A stretch of 63,306 nt of DNA, the filler included, from Collodictyon triciliatum (taxonomy: Eukaryota): the NCBI GenBank assembly GCA_043381765.1. It is 12 parts of 12 records of this genome, joined end to end, with 100 filler letters (N's around TTAATTAATTAA, not from the genome) between each part and the next. Parts side by side here need not be neighbours in the genome. Positions count along the whole stretch, not along the records: positions 46,944 to 52,766 come from JBHJMP010004906.1; positions 52,867 to 58,689 come from JBHJMP010004907.1; positions 58,790 to 61,098 come from JBHJMP010004917.1; positions 61,199 to 63,306 come from JBHJMP010004921.1; 8 more parts are not named here. One strand, written 5' to 3'. The position numbers and the translations under genes were made by a program. Positions 50,301-63,306 of this stretch are shown piece by piece (position 1 is the first letter of the stretch; the number at the start of each line of letters is the position of its first letter). The notes beneath the pieces were generated by a model, which was given only the letters and a program-made list of their open reading frames with translations, ran no database searches and was not told where the DNA came from.

Positions 50301-52612
50301 GCAGAATATTGAGAATTGTTCCAGCAAAAAAGACACCAGAAAAGAAAGAGGCCGTAACAACTGAGAAAGATGGACTGAAGTCCGAGTTTCAAAAGAAAAA
50401 AGAAGAGGAAAAGAAGAAAACTGCGAACAAAGACATTAACTGGAATACATTATTTATGAGCGTGAGTTTTTCCCCTCTCTTTAATATTAGGTCATTATTT
50501 GGACCACATTCATGGCAAACTACTTTTTTTTTGAAAAAAAATCTACTTACCAGAGGCTCAAAATTACCTATTCTGTTAGTCCAACGCTATTGCAGATTCC
50601 ATTTCGCATAAGTACGGCATAAAGAAGTCAGATCTCTTGGATGCATCAGCAGATAATATTGCCGTTAGACTGGCTCTTGCAGAAACTCAGATTATCAACG
50701 AAACAAAAACGATGCTGGAGGAGGTTAGCTAGCTATCATATAAACTTTATTAGAAGTTTTAATTATTTTTTTTGGAAAGAATAACCGACGAAGACATCTA
50801 CTGAACTGAAGGCTCATCAAGACATCAAATATTACACATATAGGAAGGTGTTAGTCTTGAGTCCTTCACAAACTATGTAAAAAAGGAGCGAAGCAATATA
50901 GTTATACTGGTAATTATTAAATCAATAAGTACTCGGATTCGTCTCTTTTACATTCTTTACCATAATATTGCTGGAAATTCTTTTGGGTTTCTAAATTTAT
51001 CCATGTACCTTTATTTCTAGGTGAAAAACATATCTTTCTCAACCGAGGAGTCAGATTTGCGTCTTCTATTCGAAAAGTTTGGTAATATTGGACGAGTAAG
51101 TGCTTCGCGCAATTTTATTTCAAAAAGAAAAAAAAAGCAATATTCCGTTCATACCTATATTTCCTACTTTCTGGTTATCAGTTCAAAATTGTTATTATTT
51201 TAAAAAAATATGTAAATTGAAACTCAGTTAGTCATTCCACCAACAAAAACGATTGCTTTGGTCGAGTTCTTGCAACCTAACGATGCGAAAGTTGCTTTCA
51301 AGTCTCTGGCATACACAAAATTCAAGGAGCTTCCTCTCTACCTGGAGTAATTGCAAGATAACCATTTTGAACTACCCTTTTGATTTGTAGTATACATGAT
51401 GTAAAATATTCATTTACTGAATATATGGTTCGTTAGATGGGCCCCGCTTAATGTCTTCTCAAAACCTGCATCAGCAAAAAAATCTACTTCGAGTGATTCG
51501 AAGGTCAAGAAGCTGCAAGAAGGTATTGGCTCAATTTTATGTAGTTTTGCACATCAACAATCAATCCAACGACAAACAAATAGTCGATTTTGTTTTTCAG
51601 TTTTACCTATTCATTTATATCCCATAGATGTGGCAGGGAACCTCACCTCCCCACAGGTATGAAAAATAAAAGCAATGTCACTGTGCCATAGCATTCGGCT
51701 GCCACTTATGAATCGTTGCTGAATATCCCTTAATCGATTACAGGAAGGGCAGTTGGAGAGTCATACTCTATATGTGAAAAACTTGAACTTCAAGACTACT
51801 GAAGATTCACTGCGAAAGACATTTAAACATGTACAAATAATGTTTTCGAGTTTCGGTCATACTATTCTCTTCTTTTATCACTTCTTTTAATAAGCGGATG
51901 CAACTACAGTCAAGAAGACCATATCATTAAATAACCAATATATTTCTCCTTTTTTTTCTCGTCTCAGTTACCTGGTCTACGAAAAGCTACTCTAGCAACG
52001 AAGAAAGTACAAAAAAAGAAGGTGGTTACTCAAAGACTTGTCTAGCATAATGGTTTTTTTTTTCGAATGTCACTACATTTTTTTGAGGTCAAGACACATT
52101 ATTATTATTTTTTTTTAGCCAAATGGAGACACGGTCACAGAAAATCAGTCGCTTGGATTTGGTTTTGTTGAGTTTTCAAACAAAGAGGCGGCAACAAAAG
52201 CGATGGGTGATATGCAAGTATGTCTTTACCATTCCCACTCTCGTCAGACCTTTTGTGATTGCTTAACTGTATTTCCCTCACTCCAAGGGGCGTGTTATTG
52301 ACGGGTATGCCATATCTCTGCAATACTCTACGACAAAGCCTAATGAAAGCTCCAAAAATGCATCCACAAACGTAACTTGAATAGAATTAACATGCAGAAT
52401 TTGAAGAAAAATTTTGGGCTACAACAATATATCATCCAATATTTCTTTGTTTGGAGGCCTCTTGTTCGTTAACTCCAACGTTGACCGATTAAGTAACAGT
52501 CCTTTCCATCCACTTACTAACCACAAAATACACAGGATGACGCCACGAATAAACTGATTGTGCGCAACGTCCCATTTGAGGCAACCAAAAAGGACCTGCA
52601 GCAGCTTTTTGG
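47384..52612 (+). CDS. MRD1: Multiple-RRM ribosome biogenesis protein MRD1/RBM19 (3' truncated), about 20 exons
   Basis: MSRLCIKNVP..., SRKMAFIGF, PRPWSRYS, WAND, SDLDYLRSKM, TGRLYVTNFPY, SKGYAFVQY, NWNTLFM, AVRLALAETQII, LPLYLEWAP, TLYVKNLNFKTT, SLGFGFVEF, KLIVRNVPFEAT. Confidence 0.96.
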
Positions 52613-52655
52613 GTACGATTTTGTTGCAAGAAGCACCAATAACGAGAATATGTCC

Positions 52656-52766
<111 letters not shown>

Positions 52767-53499
52767 NNNNNNNNNNNNNNNNNNNNNNNNNNNNNNNNNN
52801 NNNNNNNNNNTTAATTAATTAANNNNNNNNNNNNNNNNNNNNNNNNNNNNNNNNNNNNNNNNNNNNTTTTTTTTTAAAAAAAGACAATTTGTTGTGTGGG
52901 ATACAAAAATAAAAAAATAAAATAAAAGGGAGCCTTATGACCCAAACTTGAAAACGGAATAGAGCTGCCCATCCTTTGCATCATCACAGTGCCTCTTTCC
53001 TGTTCTCTTTTCTGTGCAAATTTCTTGGAGCCACTATCACGGGCCACAATTTTATTGATTGGTAAACTCAATCTGCTCTCATAATTATACTTCCATCGCT
53101 TTCGTTATCCTATTTTGCCTCAGTGATGTGATATAAAAGGATTATTCGAGGTGCAAAGCTTGAAGCAAAAATATCCATCAAGACCCTATGTCACACGAAA
53201 AAAAATCATTCTCTATGAAGGCCCATGAAATATAAATAGTCTCGTCACAAATTCTGATGAGGCTGCCTTTTGCGACGTCATAGTTTACATTCATTTTTCC
53301 GGTTGGATATTGTTTCATTTAATTTTTTTCTGCAGGATAATCATCAGTTTTCACAAAAATACTCTTAAAAATATCAGTTTTTATGAAAATCTATTCCATG
53401 ATTCAAATATATTCTTCGCGTTATATTTATTACAAACCCCACACCTCCACTCCAAGTAAAAACGGAGAAAATAAGTCGTTGGGCCGAAAACAATAGGCA

Positions 53500-54255
53500 T
53501 TATACACCCGCCGATAGTCAAAAGCTGGAATCAAGCCCGCATATGTCAGCTACTCCCGAAACACCGCGCCCTACTTCTCAATATCTCAACCAGAGAGTTG
53601 TGGATAGGTGCGCGTGTAGTCCACGCAGCAACGACCTTTCCAGAATGCACCATGTGCCATAGTGGAGATGACTCTATCGAACACACATTTGTGAAGTGCT
53701 CCCTTGCTCAAAAAGTGACAGAGTCTACCCACAAGATGCTCTCTGAGCTTGATTATGCTCCCAACCGACTCAGCGCGTCTGACATCCTGTTTGGCGCACA
53801 ATACCAAATGACCCACGGCTCTAGAATACTCTGGACAGTCACAAGGGGACATATGCTGTGGTCCTTATGGAGTGTGCGTGCATTCTCTCGCTCTAATGAT
53901 TCGCCCGAAGGAGAAATCAGTGTATCCAGGCTTGAAAGCACCGCGCATTACAGCTTCCTGAACAGCCTGCTGGAAACACGCTCGCATTCTTCGCTATTCT
54001 GACCGCAAGCGAAGAGAGATGTGGGAATGTATCGTGCGATATCTCCCACAGCATACCAACCCCTGCCACCCACGCATCCAATCAACCATGTTGGGTAGCC
54101 CATCTGAGCAACTCGCTATCACTGACTTCTTTCCAGTGCTACCCTCTCCACAGTAGTGTCTTCTCCTACTCACGTTTGCTCTCTACCATGTGTACTCTTT
54201 TTAGCTCTTGTATGGCATAACCTCGCAGCACTTTGAATCGAATAAAGAAAAACAA
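53500..54255 (+). mobile_element. 5'-truncated non-LTR retrotransposon (L1/Tx1-like ORF2 C-terminus, zf-RVT)
   Basis: W...LPKHRALL..ELWIGAR, a CTMC-x8-H-x4-C knuckle (CTMCHSGDDSIEHTFVKC), DILFG and LWSLWSVR. These are followed by a pyrimidine-rich 3' UTR and AATAAA plus an A-rich end at 54241. Confidence 0.75.
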
Positions 54256-54502
54256 GACCTCTCTCCCTTCTTGATTCCCTACTTCGATTTTGTCAAGATT
54301 ATGTTATACAGTGTTTATTGATGCTGAGACTAGAACAGGGTATTCAGAGAATCAGGACAGAGCGAGAGGATGAGGGATATACTGGAGGGGCCATTCGAGG
54401 CAGCCGGGCAGGTGGGTTACAAGGGTGATACTTTGAACGACGGTGGAGGAGGCATAACTTTGGGGAAGGATTGCTTTGCGTGATGAGTCTGGTGCGGCTC
54501 GC

Positions 54503-54885
54503 TCAAGCAACCGGGGCAAGGCTGCCGTTGCGTCTGCGTGTTCGTGTGCATGCGCGGATAGGCATGACGTATTCGACTTCGTTCTCTGAATCACTGTCGC
54601 TTTCCGAGAACGAATCGCTCCTGCCAAAGAGGGACACAGGCGCCTTGAATGCCAGGCTCGGCAGTTGCTTGCGGGTGGCCCCCTTAGCGGTGAGTGGCGG
54701 CAGCGACTCCTCCGATAGCGTTCGTGGGACGCCGCGTGAGCGGAGAAGCGGCGCGTTGGGGACACGGAGCAGCGGGAGCGATTCTGTCGCTGGGAGCGGG
54801 CTTGTGGGTGTGGACGCAACTGGAGAGTTGACGTGGGTTGCTCGGAGTCTTGGGGTCTGCGATCTTGAGGAGTTCTTTGCCGACA
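54503..54885 (-). CDS. Hypothetical low-complexity S/P/R-rich protein (about 127 aa)
   Basis: GC-rich open frame MSAKNSSRSQTPRL...SDSFSESDSDSENEVEY...; no domain recognised. Confidence 0.45.
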
Positions 54886-56024
54886 TGGTGTGGGTTTTGG
54901 CGGTTGTGCTGAGTCTTGCTTGTGCTGAGTCTTGCTTGTGTTTGGGTTTTCGGTGTACGGGTTGCTTTGGTTTGATTGTGATAATTACTAGGAAACATTC
55001 TATGCACACATGTGATTGAATGGGTGAATATATACCTGTTTTTTACTGTTGATTTCCAAGATTCTTTAGTTCTTTGTAATTTCGACATTTCAGCCTTTTT
55101 TCTGGTTCTTTGGAAAGAAGAAATAATTTGGAATTCGGCGAGACCAAGCTCCCATATATGTTCATGTCTGTTGCTTATGCAAATTAAAACCTAGGATCAA
55201 TCTATATATTTTTTATTATCTTACTTATTCGTCCTTGATAGAGATTAGATATTTACATATAATAATTAATATATAATACTATATATTCCATAAATAGAAT
55301 TATCAGCTCTTTTGGCGAATGTGGAATAAATAATTTTTAAATCTGCAAACGCTGTGGGGTATGACTGAGGATTTACCAAAATATGGGCATACCTATATCG
55401 GATGTGCTCTCTTTCCTCTGATATACTTCTTTCATCACGAACCCCACCTCTCCTGTAAAACTCTCATGTCAACCAGCAGAGCCGTAATTCAGCAAACTCT
55501 CAGCGGAGGAATAATAGATAATAGAGGAGAGGACAGAGGCAGGGCTTCGCCAAAGAAGGTGTTTCAGTTCTTTATTTTCAAGTCAACACAAAGTAAAGAA
55601 TGGACACAGGGTGCAATTATCTCCCGAATGGTATACGGGGAATGAACACAGCGCCCGAGAATAGGTATGATACACAGAGTCCAGTCAGAGAAAGATGATG
55701 TAGTTTTTTTGAAAGAAAGAGAAGAAGACCTAATAAGGCGAGTCGAAGCCAAAACCCTTCATCATCTCGCTCATATTGAAAGGAAGAATATATTTGAAAA
55801 TAAAAAAGAGGAAACAAAAAAAAAAACAAAAAACAAGAGGATAGGATAGGACAAGGAGTGAACTAATAAGTCAATCCCAGGGAAGTCTGAACGGGATGGC
55901 AACGAATGGACAGAGACGCAAAGGCGTATAACAGGGATTTAGCCTGCTAGGCAGCCATCCAGCACATCTCAATGGCAGGCATGGGGGCCATTGGGATATG
56001 AGGGACAAGAACAAAAGCGACGCT

Positions 56025-57640
56025 TCATTCATCACACAATGGAGGAGTTACAGACGATCCAGGCACCTTTCTCCCTCTGGAAAATACACCTTCTCCATCG
56101 CTTTTCGGCGGTGGCGGCTTCGGTTGCACAAACCTACGCGCATTCAGGACGGCAGCAGGCGAAGGAGAACCACCACGAAGCCGTGGAGGGCAAGGCCGAT
56201 GAGGAATGGCTTCGAGAGGCGTCTGAGTGAGCCCATTGGAGAGATGACCCACAGCCTTCGGAGACACGTTGGACGAAACGCTAGAGTTTGAGGAGGAGCT
56301 GTCGATTGAGGAATGCGGACTGCTCAGATAGTCGTCCGAATCGGCACCAGACAACCCCATTCGCACAGCAGAGGGCGGTACACACAGGAAAAGAGACGGC
56401 GATACGGCTCGGCCTCGAAGAGTAGGGTTCTGTGAGTCTATGCGTCTCAGACTTTGGGTTTGGGGTTGGGGTTGGGTTTGGGTTTGGGTTTGGCTCGGCC
56501 CGTTCGACAATCCTGCAGATGATGGTGGATATGTAGTAGGTGAGGAAAGGAACGACTTGTGTGGTGTGTCTGGCGTTCCACTTTCTTTTCGGCATAGAAG
56601 TGCCTGGGCAATCGCCGCCTCCTCCAAGTCTCGCTTCAGTCCCTGAAGTACCATATCATATTTTTTGATTATATGTTGTTATTTTATGAAACAACTCAAC
56701 GGGATATCAATGCACTCCGTTATGGATATGCACACAGAATATAACTTCAGTATTGCGAAGGATATGTTAATTGAGGTTGGATGGGAACAAAATGTATGTA
56801 ACGCAAGATATGAATATCATTGCTTTATTATATTTAGGGCTATGCTTTTTAGTGATATGAACATTATGTCTATTTACCTTCATGATGGCGCCTTCTGACC
56901 CAATGGCTGGTGTCAGTACGCTTTCTAGAAGGTTGATTTGGGATAGAATGCCAAAGTCGTCGTCATCAAGCTTGGACTGTGGTGTGATGAGGGATGAATA
57001 TAGTTTGGGAGTTTCCGACTCGTAGATGAAGAGAAAGGGAAAAGTTTGAACGAAAAGGGAATACCGGTGATATGTGAGTCTTGGTTATTGGTTGAGTGAT
57101 AAAAGTTCCCTAAGTTGATACAGAAAGAAAAGTTTGTGCCAACAATTGGTTCGGATAAGATAATACAAACTCCATGCAATTCACATAGGAGCGAGAAATG
57201 TAATGCACGCATTAAGCTATTCAGAAGTATTTAGGCAAAAATATCTTCTAAACACAGAGGTATTCTGCATCTAAAAAGGAGGATCAAACCTCGTCAAACT
57301 CCACTTCCTGTCGAATCTGGTCAATCTCTTGGGCCATAGAAAGTGCGCCGAGAATTCGGCTTCGGGTCCTCTGCACAGCGAGTAAAGTCATGAGTTAGTT
57401 ATTGTATGATTTATTTGTTTGTTTGTTTGTTTGTTTGTTTGTTTGTTTGTTTGTTTGTTTGTTTGTTTGTTTGTTTGTTTGTTTGTTTGTTTGTTTGTTT
57501 GTTTGTTTGTTTTAAAAAAAACTTTGAAGGTGATCAGAACACAAAAGAAAGAGGCATGTGAAGGAAAACATTGAGGCCTGTTGCGCGTGGTACTGAAACT
57601 GCTCTCATACCACAGACTCGCGCTTATTCGGGCTTTTCAT
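56025..57640 (-). CDS. Hypothetical 4-exon protein with a Ser/Pro-rich disordered C-terminus
   Basis: Phase-0 GT-AG joins give MKSPNKRESV|RTRSRILGALSMAQEIDQIRQEVEFDE|SKLDDDDFGILSQINLLESVL..IMK|GLKRDLEEAAIAQ... The 3' end is uncertain. Confidence 0.55.
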
Positions 57641-58846
57641 GACTTTCGAGGGTGTTGTGCGGACTTTGGGCGTAGATCGAGAATTACTGGACATTCAACA
57701 AAGGGGAGTAGACTTGACGGCTTCGAAAGAAGAGAATGCAGGGTCTCTTCCTGTCCCAGTGTATTCACAAGAGGAAAATAAATAAATAGGTCATAAGTTA
57801 GAATAGACTAAATGACCAAATAAAAACAATTAATTGACTAAAATAAACATTTGTGCAAGGCTACGTAGATGTGGGAGAGATCGAAAAATAGGAGAAAATA
57901 GGAGAAAAATAGGAGAAAATAGGAGAAAAAAGGAGAAATATGTGAAATGGAAAGGAAACCACCGACAGGCAGGCATTTTGCAGAGACACATGATATACTA
58001 CACTATACTATTCTATTCTATTCTATTCTGTAATATTATATTATATTCTATAAGAATCCTATGGCTTCCCAACGAATCATTCCCTCATGATGGCAGCAGG
58101 GCTTAAGTTTTCAGCCTAGGGTTCTACATTCTTTGTACTTCATGCTTTGCTCCTCACAACGCGCTGCAGAGCCTCTGCGACACCGTCAGAACGGACGGAT
58201 ACGCCGCTGCGTGTGGGTTTTTGCCCAGGCATTGGCCAGAGAAAAATCCTCAGGTTGCTGCTCGCTTGGACATGCCAAACAAGCAAGGAGGAGCAGGCAA
58301 GCTGCAGGTTCAAGCCAGAGTTTTTGCAAGCTAACCGTGTGGTTGTTTGAATGTTTGAATTTTTGAGAGAGAGTGACCGTTGGATACTCTAATCTGGAGT
58401 ATATATGTTATAACATTAAATATATTATTATAGTGTATTTAAGTCTTAATTATATGAAATTAGTAATAATAAATATAATAATATGCAGATATATATAAAA
58501 TTGTTCCGTTGAGTGTTGAAAGAGTCTTAGTTATTGTAAGAAAGCAATGTTGGCTACAAACAACAGAACACAGATTAAAATAAAAAAGGCAAATAAAAAA
58601 GACAAATAAAAAAAGACAAATAAAAAAAGACAAATAAAAAAAGACAAATAAAAAAAGACAAATAAAAAAGACAAATAAAAAAAAAAAAANNNNNNNNNNN
58701 NNNNNNNNNNNNNNNNNNNNNNNNNNNNNNNNNTTAATTAATTAANNNNNNNNNNNNNNNNNNNNNNNNNNNNNNNNNNNNNNNNNNNNACCAACACAAA
58801 AAAATTTTAAAACGGAAAAAAAAAAAACAAAAAAAAAAAAAAATCC

Positions 58847-58877
<31 letters not shown>

Positions 58878-59343
58878 AAAGAAAAACCTCATACCTTGTT
58901 ATTTTTCTTCTAACCTCTTGTGAACTATTACTTCGTCTCTGCAGCTTGTCCTGGGTGATAAGTGCGACCAGTATGTACGAAACTACGAGGATAGTCTTTG
59001 TGTCAATCCCGGCCAGTTCCCTGTCGACTTTTCATTTACTGTACTTGCTCCCATCCGCCAAGAAGTTGAGTTTTGCCGCATCGATGATGACTAGAGCTTG
59101 CTCGCATCTTTGGATTCGCTGGTGAATAAACAGCCTGCGCGGTTGGGCGAAAACGAAGCGGCCGAGATGTAGTCAACATGCGCTACTCCCTTTTCCATGT
59201 GTGGAAAATATGATTGTGCGTCCTTCGTGCCTTTTTGATCTGCGTTTCGCTTCGGGAAATCGCTCGTGGGGAGTTGGCAGCGCTTGATCCTGCTCTCAAA
59301 CCCGACCCCAGACGCAGAAAACGAGGCAGACCCGGCTCTCCAA

Positions 59344-59790
59344 ATGAGCTCCTTTTACATTCCTCCGATGAACTTTGGGACTGTGGAGGAAGACTTTTAT
59401 CGCGCAGGCTTCCCCAACGAGCTCAACTTTCCGTTCCTCGAACGACTCAAGCTCAAGACGATCATCTTCCTCGGCCCTGATGAGCCCTCCGCTCCGCTGT
59501 CTGTACAGTTCTTGTTTTCTCTTATTTACAGCCTGTCGTTTCCTTCCTACTCAACCCAGTACTTGACACGAGTTAAAAAAAAAAAAAAAAAGAGAAAGAG
59601 AAGAAAATTGGGCTGCGTCGCTGAAAATCCCGCAAAACAGAGTCAACTTTGTGGAGGATCACAGCATCAACCTGGAGCAGATTCTAGGCGGGACAGACAC
59701 CCCAAAGAATCCATGGCAGCCCATGACCGAAGAAGAGGTTTGGCAATTCACTCTGTCAGGGGTTCATTTTCGCTCCGCCTGCCTTCCTGG

Positions 59791-59826
<36 letters not shown>

Positions 59827-60192
59827 GATAGATAACTGAAGCTGCCAGTATACCATTATCCTATCGCCCGGTCGAAAGGCTGCTGACGCTGGTCTGTTGA
59901 TACGCAGGTGGTTAAGGCCTTGACACTTCTGCTCAACAAAGAAAACTACCCGCTCCTGATCATGTGCAATCTCGGCCGACATCACACAGGCACCATCTGC
60001 GGCTGCTTCCGCAAACTGCAGCGCTGGAATCTGACATCCATTCTGGAAGAGTATCGCCGCTTTGCGGGAAGCAAGGTCAGGCTCATGAGCGAGCAGTTCA
60101 TCGAGCTATTCGACACAGACCTGGTTGCTGTTCCGGGTGATGTACCACCATGGCTCCACCTTCCAAATAGATTCCGCCCAGGCCAGTCATAG
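59344..60192 (+). CDS. OCA1: OCA1/SIW14-family (PFA-DSP) tyrosine-phosphatase-like protein, 3 exons
   Basis: Exons 59344-59498, 59641-59737 and 59908-60192: IPPMNFGTVEEDFYRAGFPNELNFPFLERLKLKTIIFL, NYPLLIMCNLGRHHTGTICGCFRKLQRWNLTSILEEYRRFAG..EQFIELFD. Confidence 0.88.
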
Positions 60193-61000
60193 TCTGAGCG
60201 ACATAAACACGATGGGTGCTGAACAACAAGCGACTTGGGTTGTATGTTGGGATGGGCGTTGTCAGGTCAGAATTCGCAGTTTTCGTAGTCACATCACAGA
60301 TTTACTGTACTGGTTCAAGGGAACACAAAATTGAAAAGATAGTAGGATAATTATATACTTTTGAAGGAGATCTTGTTGGAAATTGTGGGTCTGAATATAG
60401 TACTCATATAAATTCCATAAATGCATTCAGTTGAATAGCTCCAATTGTGGCAATTACACAGGATTTCTTTATCACACACCGATGCCTTCGCCACCAGAAA
60501 GCTGGAAACACGATCGTTGCCATAAAAGACACACACGCACATAGCAACAAACGATCCGTTCGGTAAGGCCGCATAAAAACAAAGAAAAAAAAAAAAAAAG
60601 ACAACTAAAATAAGCCCTGAAAATTGCAAGCAGAATGAACCCAGGGCCCCGGCTGCTCGGCCAGTTAGGCTCAGTCCGCATCTTCTCCGCACCAGTCGCA
60701 GACGAAGCCTCACCCGCCGCCAAAGTGAGCGCACCCTCTATTCTATTCTTTTCTTTTCTTTTCTTTTCTTTTCTTCTCTTTTCTTTTCTTTTCTTTTCTT
60801 TTCTTCCTTTTTTTTTCCATTCTCATTTTCTACAGTCATGGGTTGCGACTTCTTTGCTTTGCTGAGTGTATTTGAGGGTCGGTCGCTTCCTTTCTGTGAT
60901 ATATCAGCACCGATCAAATAGACTACACAAACGCACCCTTACACATCTCTGACTCTGTCGATGTCTAACACGCTCGATGAATTGTCCGTCTCTTTCTAAA

Positions 61001-61098
61001 AATGATAAATGATAAATGATAAATGATAAATGATAAATGATAAATGATAAATGATAAATGATAAATGATAAATGATAAATGATAAATGATAAATGATA
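61001..61098. repeat. (ATGATAA)n microsatellite at a contig end; comparable SSRs terminate most contigs, e.g. (AATCA)n 41020, (TTTG)n 46750, (TTTC)n 52657
   Basis: Direct reading. Confidence 0.95.
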
Positions 61099-63306
61099 NN
61101 NNNNNNNNNNNNNNNNNNNNNNNNNNNNNNNNNNNNNNNNNNTTAATTAATTAANNNNNNNNNNNNNNNNNNNNNNNNNNNNNNNNNNNNNNNNNNNNAC
61201 AGCAAGAGTGGGCACTGAAGGAAATAGCATGTGCGATAAGCTTTAAACGACAGAGTATTTGTTATCCAGAGCAGAAGTAAAGTGCGGACCAACGGGAGCA
61301 AAGAAGAAAAGAACACAGAACAGCCGGATGAGAACAGGTGCATGGAATAACTCATAGGTCATGATATATTTTCTTGAGGGTGACACAGGATAGCCGGTAG
61401 TTCATGAATGCGACTGATTGGCGGCTTCTAAACGAGGTTCCGTAGCCGGCAGGTTGCTGGGTTGAGAAGTCACGTCTGTGAATAGCAACATATTTTTAGC
61501 CCCAAGTGTCGGGTAACTGACATTGTTAACTCTATACCATGACGGAAGGCCCCTTTGGTGTGGTTCACTAGACGGCTTTCATATGCATGCCGGTCTTTGT
61601 GCGCAAAATTTGATTCCTTGTTTGATAATTTAGTTCGCATGCAATTAGCTCTTGGCTTCTACATAGCTCTTTGTTATAATAAGTAATTATTAGACTCCCT
61701 GCAACTCTTAAGACAATTCGAGAGCATTGAATCAATCACTATTCGGATTGCTCATGCCTATTAAATATGTGTCAACTTGAATGACTAGCGATCACGAAAT
61801 AGACATCACACAAGTTAGAAGCTGTATCTAATATATAATAACCAATATTTTCTGAAAACAAATTAAAACAAATAAAAAACAAAGAATGAAAGCTTAAATA
61901 ATCCAAAATAAGAAACAAATCAAGAAGACGATTAATTGAATAGATCGAGCAACAAAACAAAACAAGCTTAGGTAAGAAAGCAGCGATGGGAGAGAGCGCG
62001 AATCTGTCAAAGACAACGTCCCAAGGCTCTTCAGAGTGCAATCGTCAGAGTCTCGGACCTGCTCTGGAGAACGTTTTTCAGACGACGATTTCAGAAGAAG
62101 GCTAACCTTCCCGCTTCGATACTACACCTGCCTTTGACTCCAGGGCGTAATCGCAGATGTGCTGCTCCTGTGGATAGTGTGCTCTCTTCTGGCTTCTTGG
62201 ACCCGGATACATTCAAAAGATTTGGACATCCCACCCAACAACTCAAAGGTATATCGCAGACCAACAGTGAGACGATATCGAATCAACTTCGGTCCTTAGG
62301 TAAGCAAATTACTATATCTTAAGTAGCACGGTATACTCATCGTCATCAGAGCGCCACCTACCCCTCGATATACTTTAGCTCTTCATCAGCTCTCTTAATC
62401 CAGTTATGAATGAGTGAAAACAAGAAACTAATTTATTGTGCTTCGTTGTTTTGCCTGGTGACGAAATTTCCCTAGACTAAATATTTTTCTCTCTCCATAG
62501 AACACCGACAGATTCTCGCGGCTACGCCAACTGTTGGACTGAATTTATTTGATATTTGTATTGTATTGGGGGATTCCTAATTAGTTTGGGCCAAACCAGG
62601 TGATGTGAGGGAAGTATCATAGTTGCGCTATGTATTTGTGAGCCATATTGTCGAAGAAGATCCCAATGCCCCGAAGAGATATTTTTGCTGTCTCAGGTAC
62701 GGTTCAGGCGAAGCACTGTACCCTTGAATCGCTGGGTGTACACGCTCACCAGCGGTACGGCCCGAAGCAAGGAGGATCAGAGAGAGAAAGCCACGCTTAG
62801 ATAACGCGCATGGACAGGATGCCTGTGCAGAAAGATGACTGCACAAACTTCAGAGTCAGGCAACCCGCTGACGTCTTGATGTAGCGATGTCATTGTACTT
62901 TGTGCTTGTTGTGCGTGTGGTTAGCCTAGGATAAATATATATATGTATTAAGTAACGTTATATGTTTTATTTGGGTTTTATTTGAGTACAGCGACGGGCA
63001 AGCAAGGACAAGGCACAGCAGCAAAGCGTGCAGCGAGGCGAAGCAAACAGAGTGTGTTATTTCGCTTTCATTTATTGTGTTTTACTCTCTATTCTCTTGT
63101 GTCTTGTTATTTGGATTTATTATGACTTTTAACGGATTGCTCAGTGTTATATTGTGGACTCTATAATTGAAGCAGATTTAAGATGTGCAAATCGATATTT
63201 TATTCATGTTTGTCGTATTCATGTAAATAACAACAAATTAGAAGAGCAGTATTATCATCAAAAATTACAAAGGAATCATTTGCGCAAAAAGACTCCTTAT
63301 GAACGC

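Noticed and set aside
56453-56492. TTTGGG/TTGGGG telomere-like tract
   Set aside because: It encodes a TQ/PQ dipeptide run inside the minus-strand exon.

Overview
This window is not one locus. It is 12 short contigs or scaffolds (mostly about 5.8 kb, largely length-sorted) of an intron-rich, microsatellite-rich eukaryote, probably a protist whose lineage I cannot determine. They are joined by artificial N44-TTAATTAATTAA-N44 spacers, so synteny across spacers is meaningless. Hand splicing with the standard code gives these recognisable genes: gamma-COP (5' part), GET1/WRB, U2AF35, exportin-1 (partial), MO25/CAB39, EFL1/RIA1 (partial), MRD1/RBM19 (partial) and an OCA1/SIW14-family phosphatase. 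Less identifiable content includes a giant-exon coiled-coil protein, a putatively secreted double-WD40 protein with a Cys-rich stalk, an ATP-grasp-like/Zn-finger protein with a Q/E/H tail, an armadillo-repeat gene and an L1/Tx1-type retrotransposon 3' fragment. Most of the notable signals concern splicing: a clear AT-AC U12 intron in EFL1, a U2AF35 with Thr at position 34 and an RD/RE tail instead of an RS tail, frequent AAG acceptors, 4-13 nt microexons, an intron-split start codon, and a dispersed ~35-nt acceptor-like motif. The receptor-like WD40/Cys-rich protein is the other highlight. All exon models are manual and unverified by RNA data.
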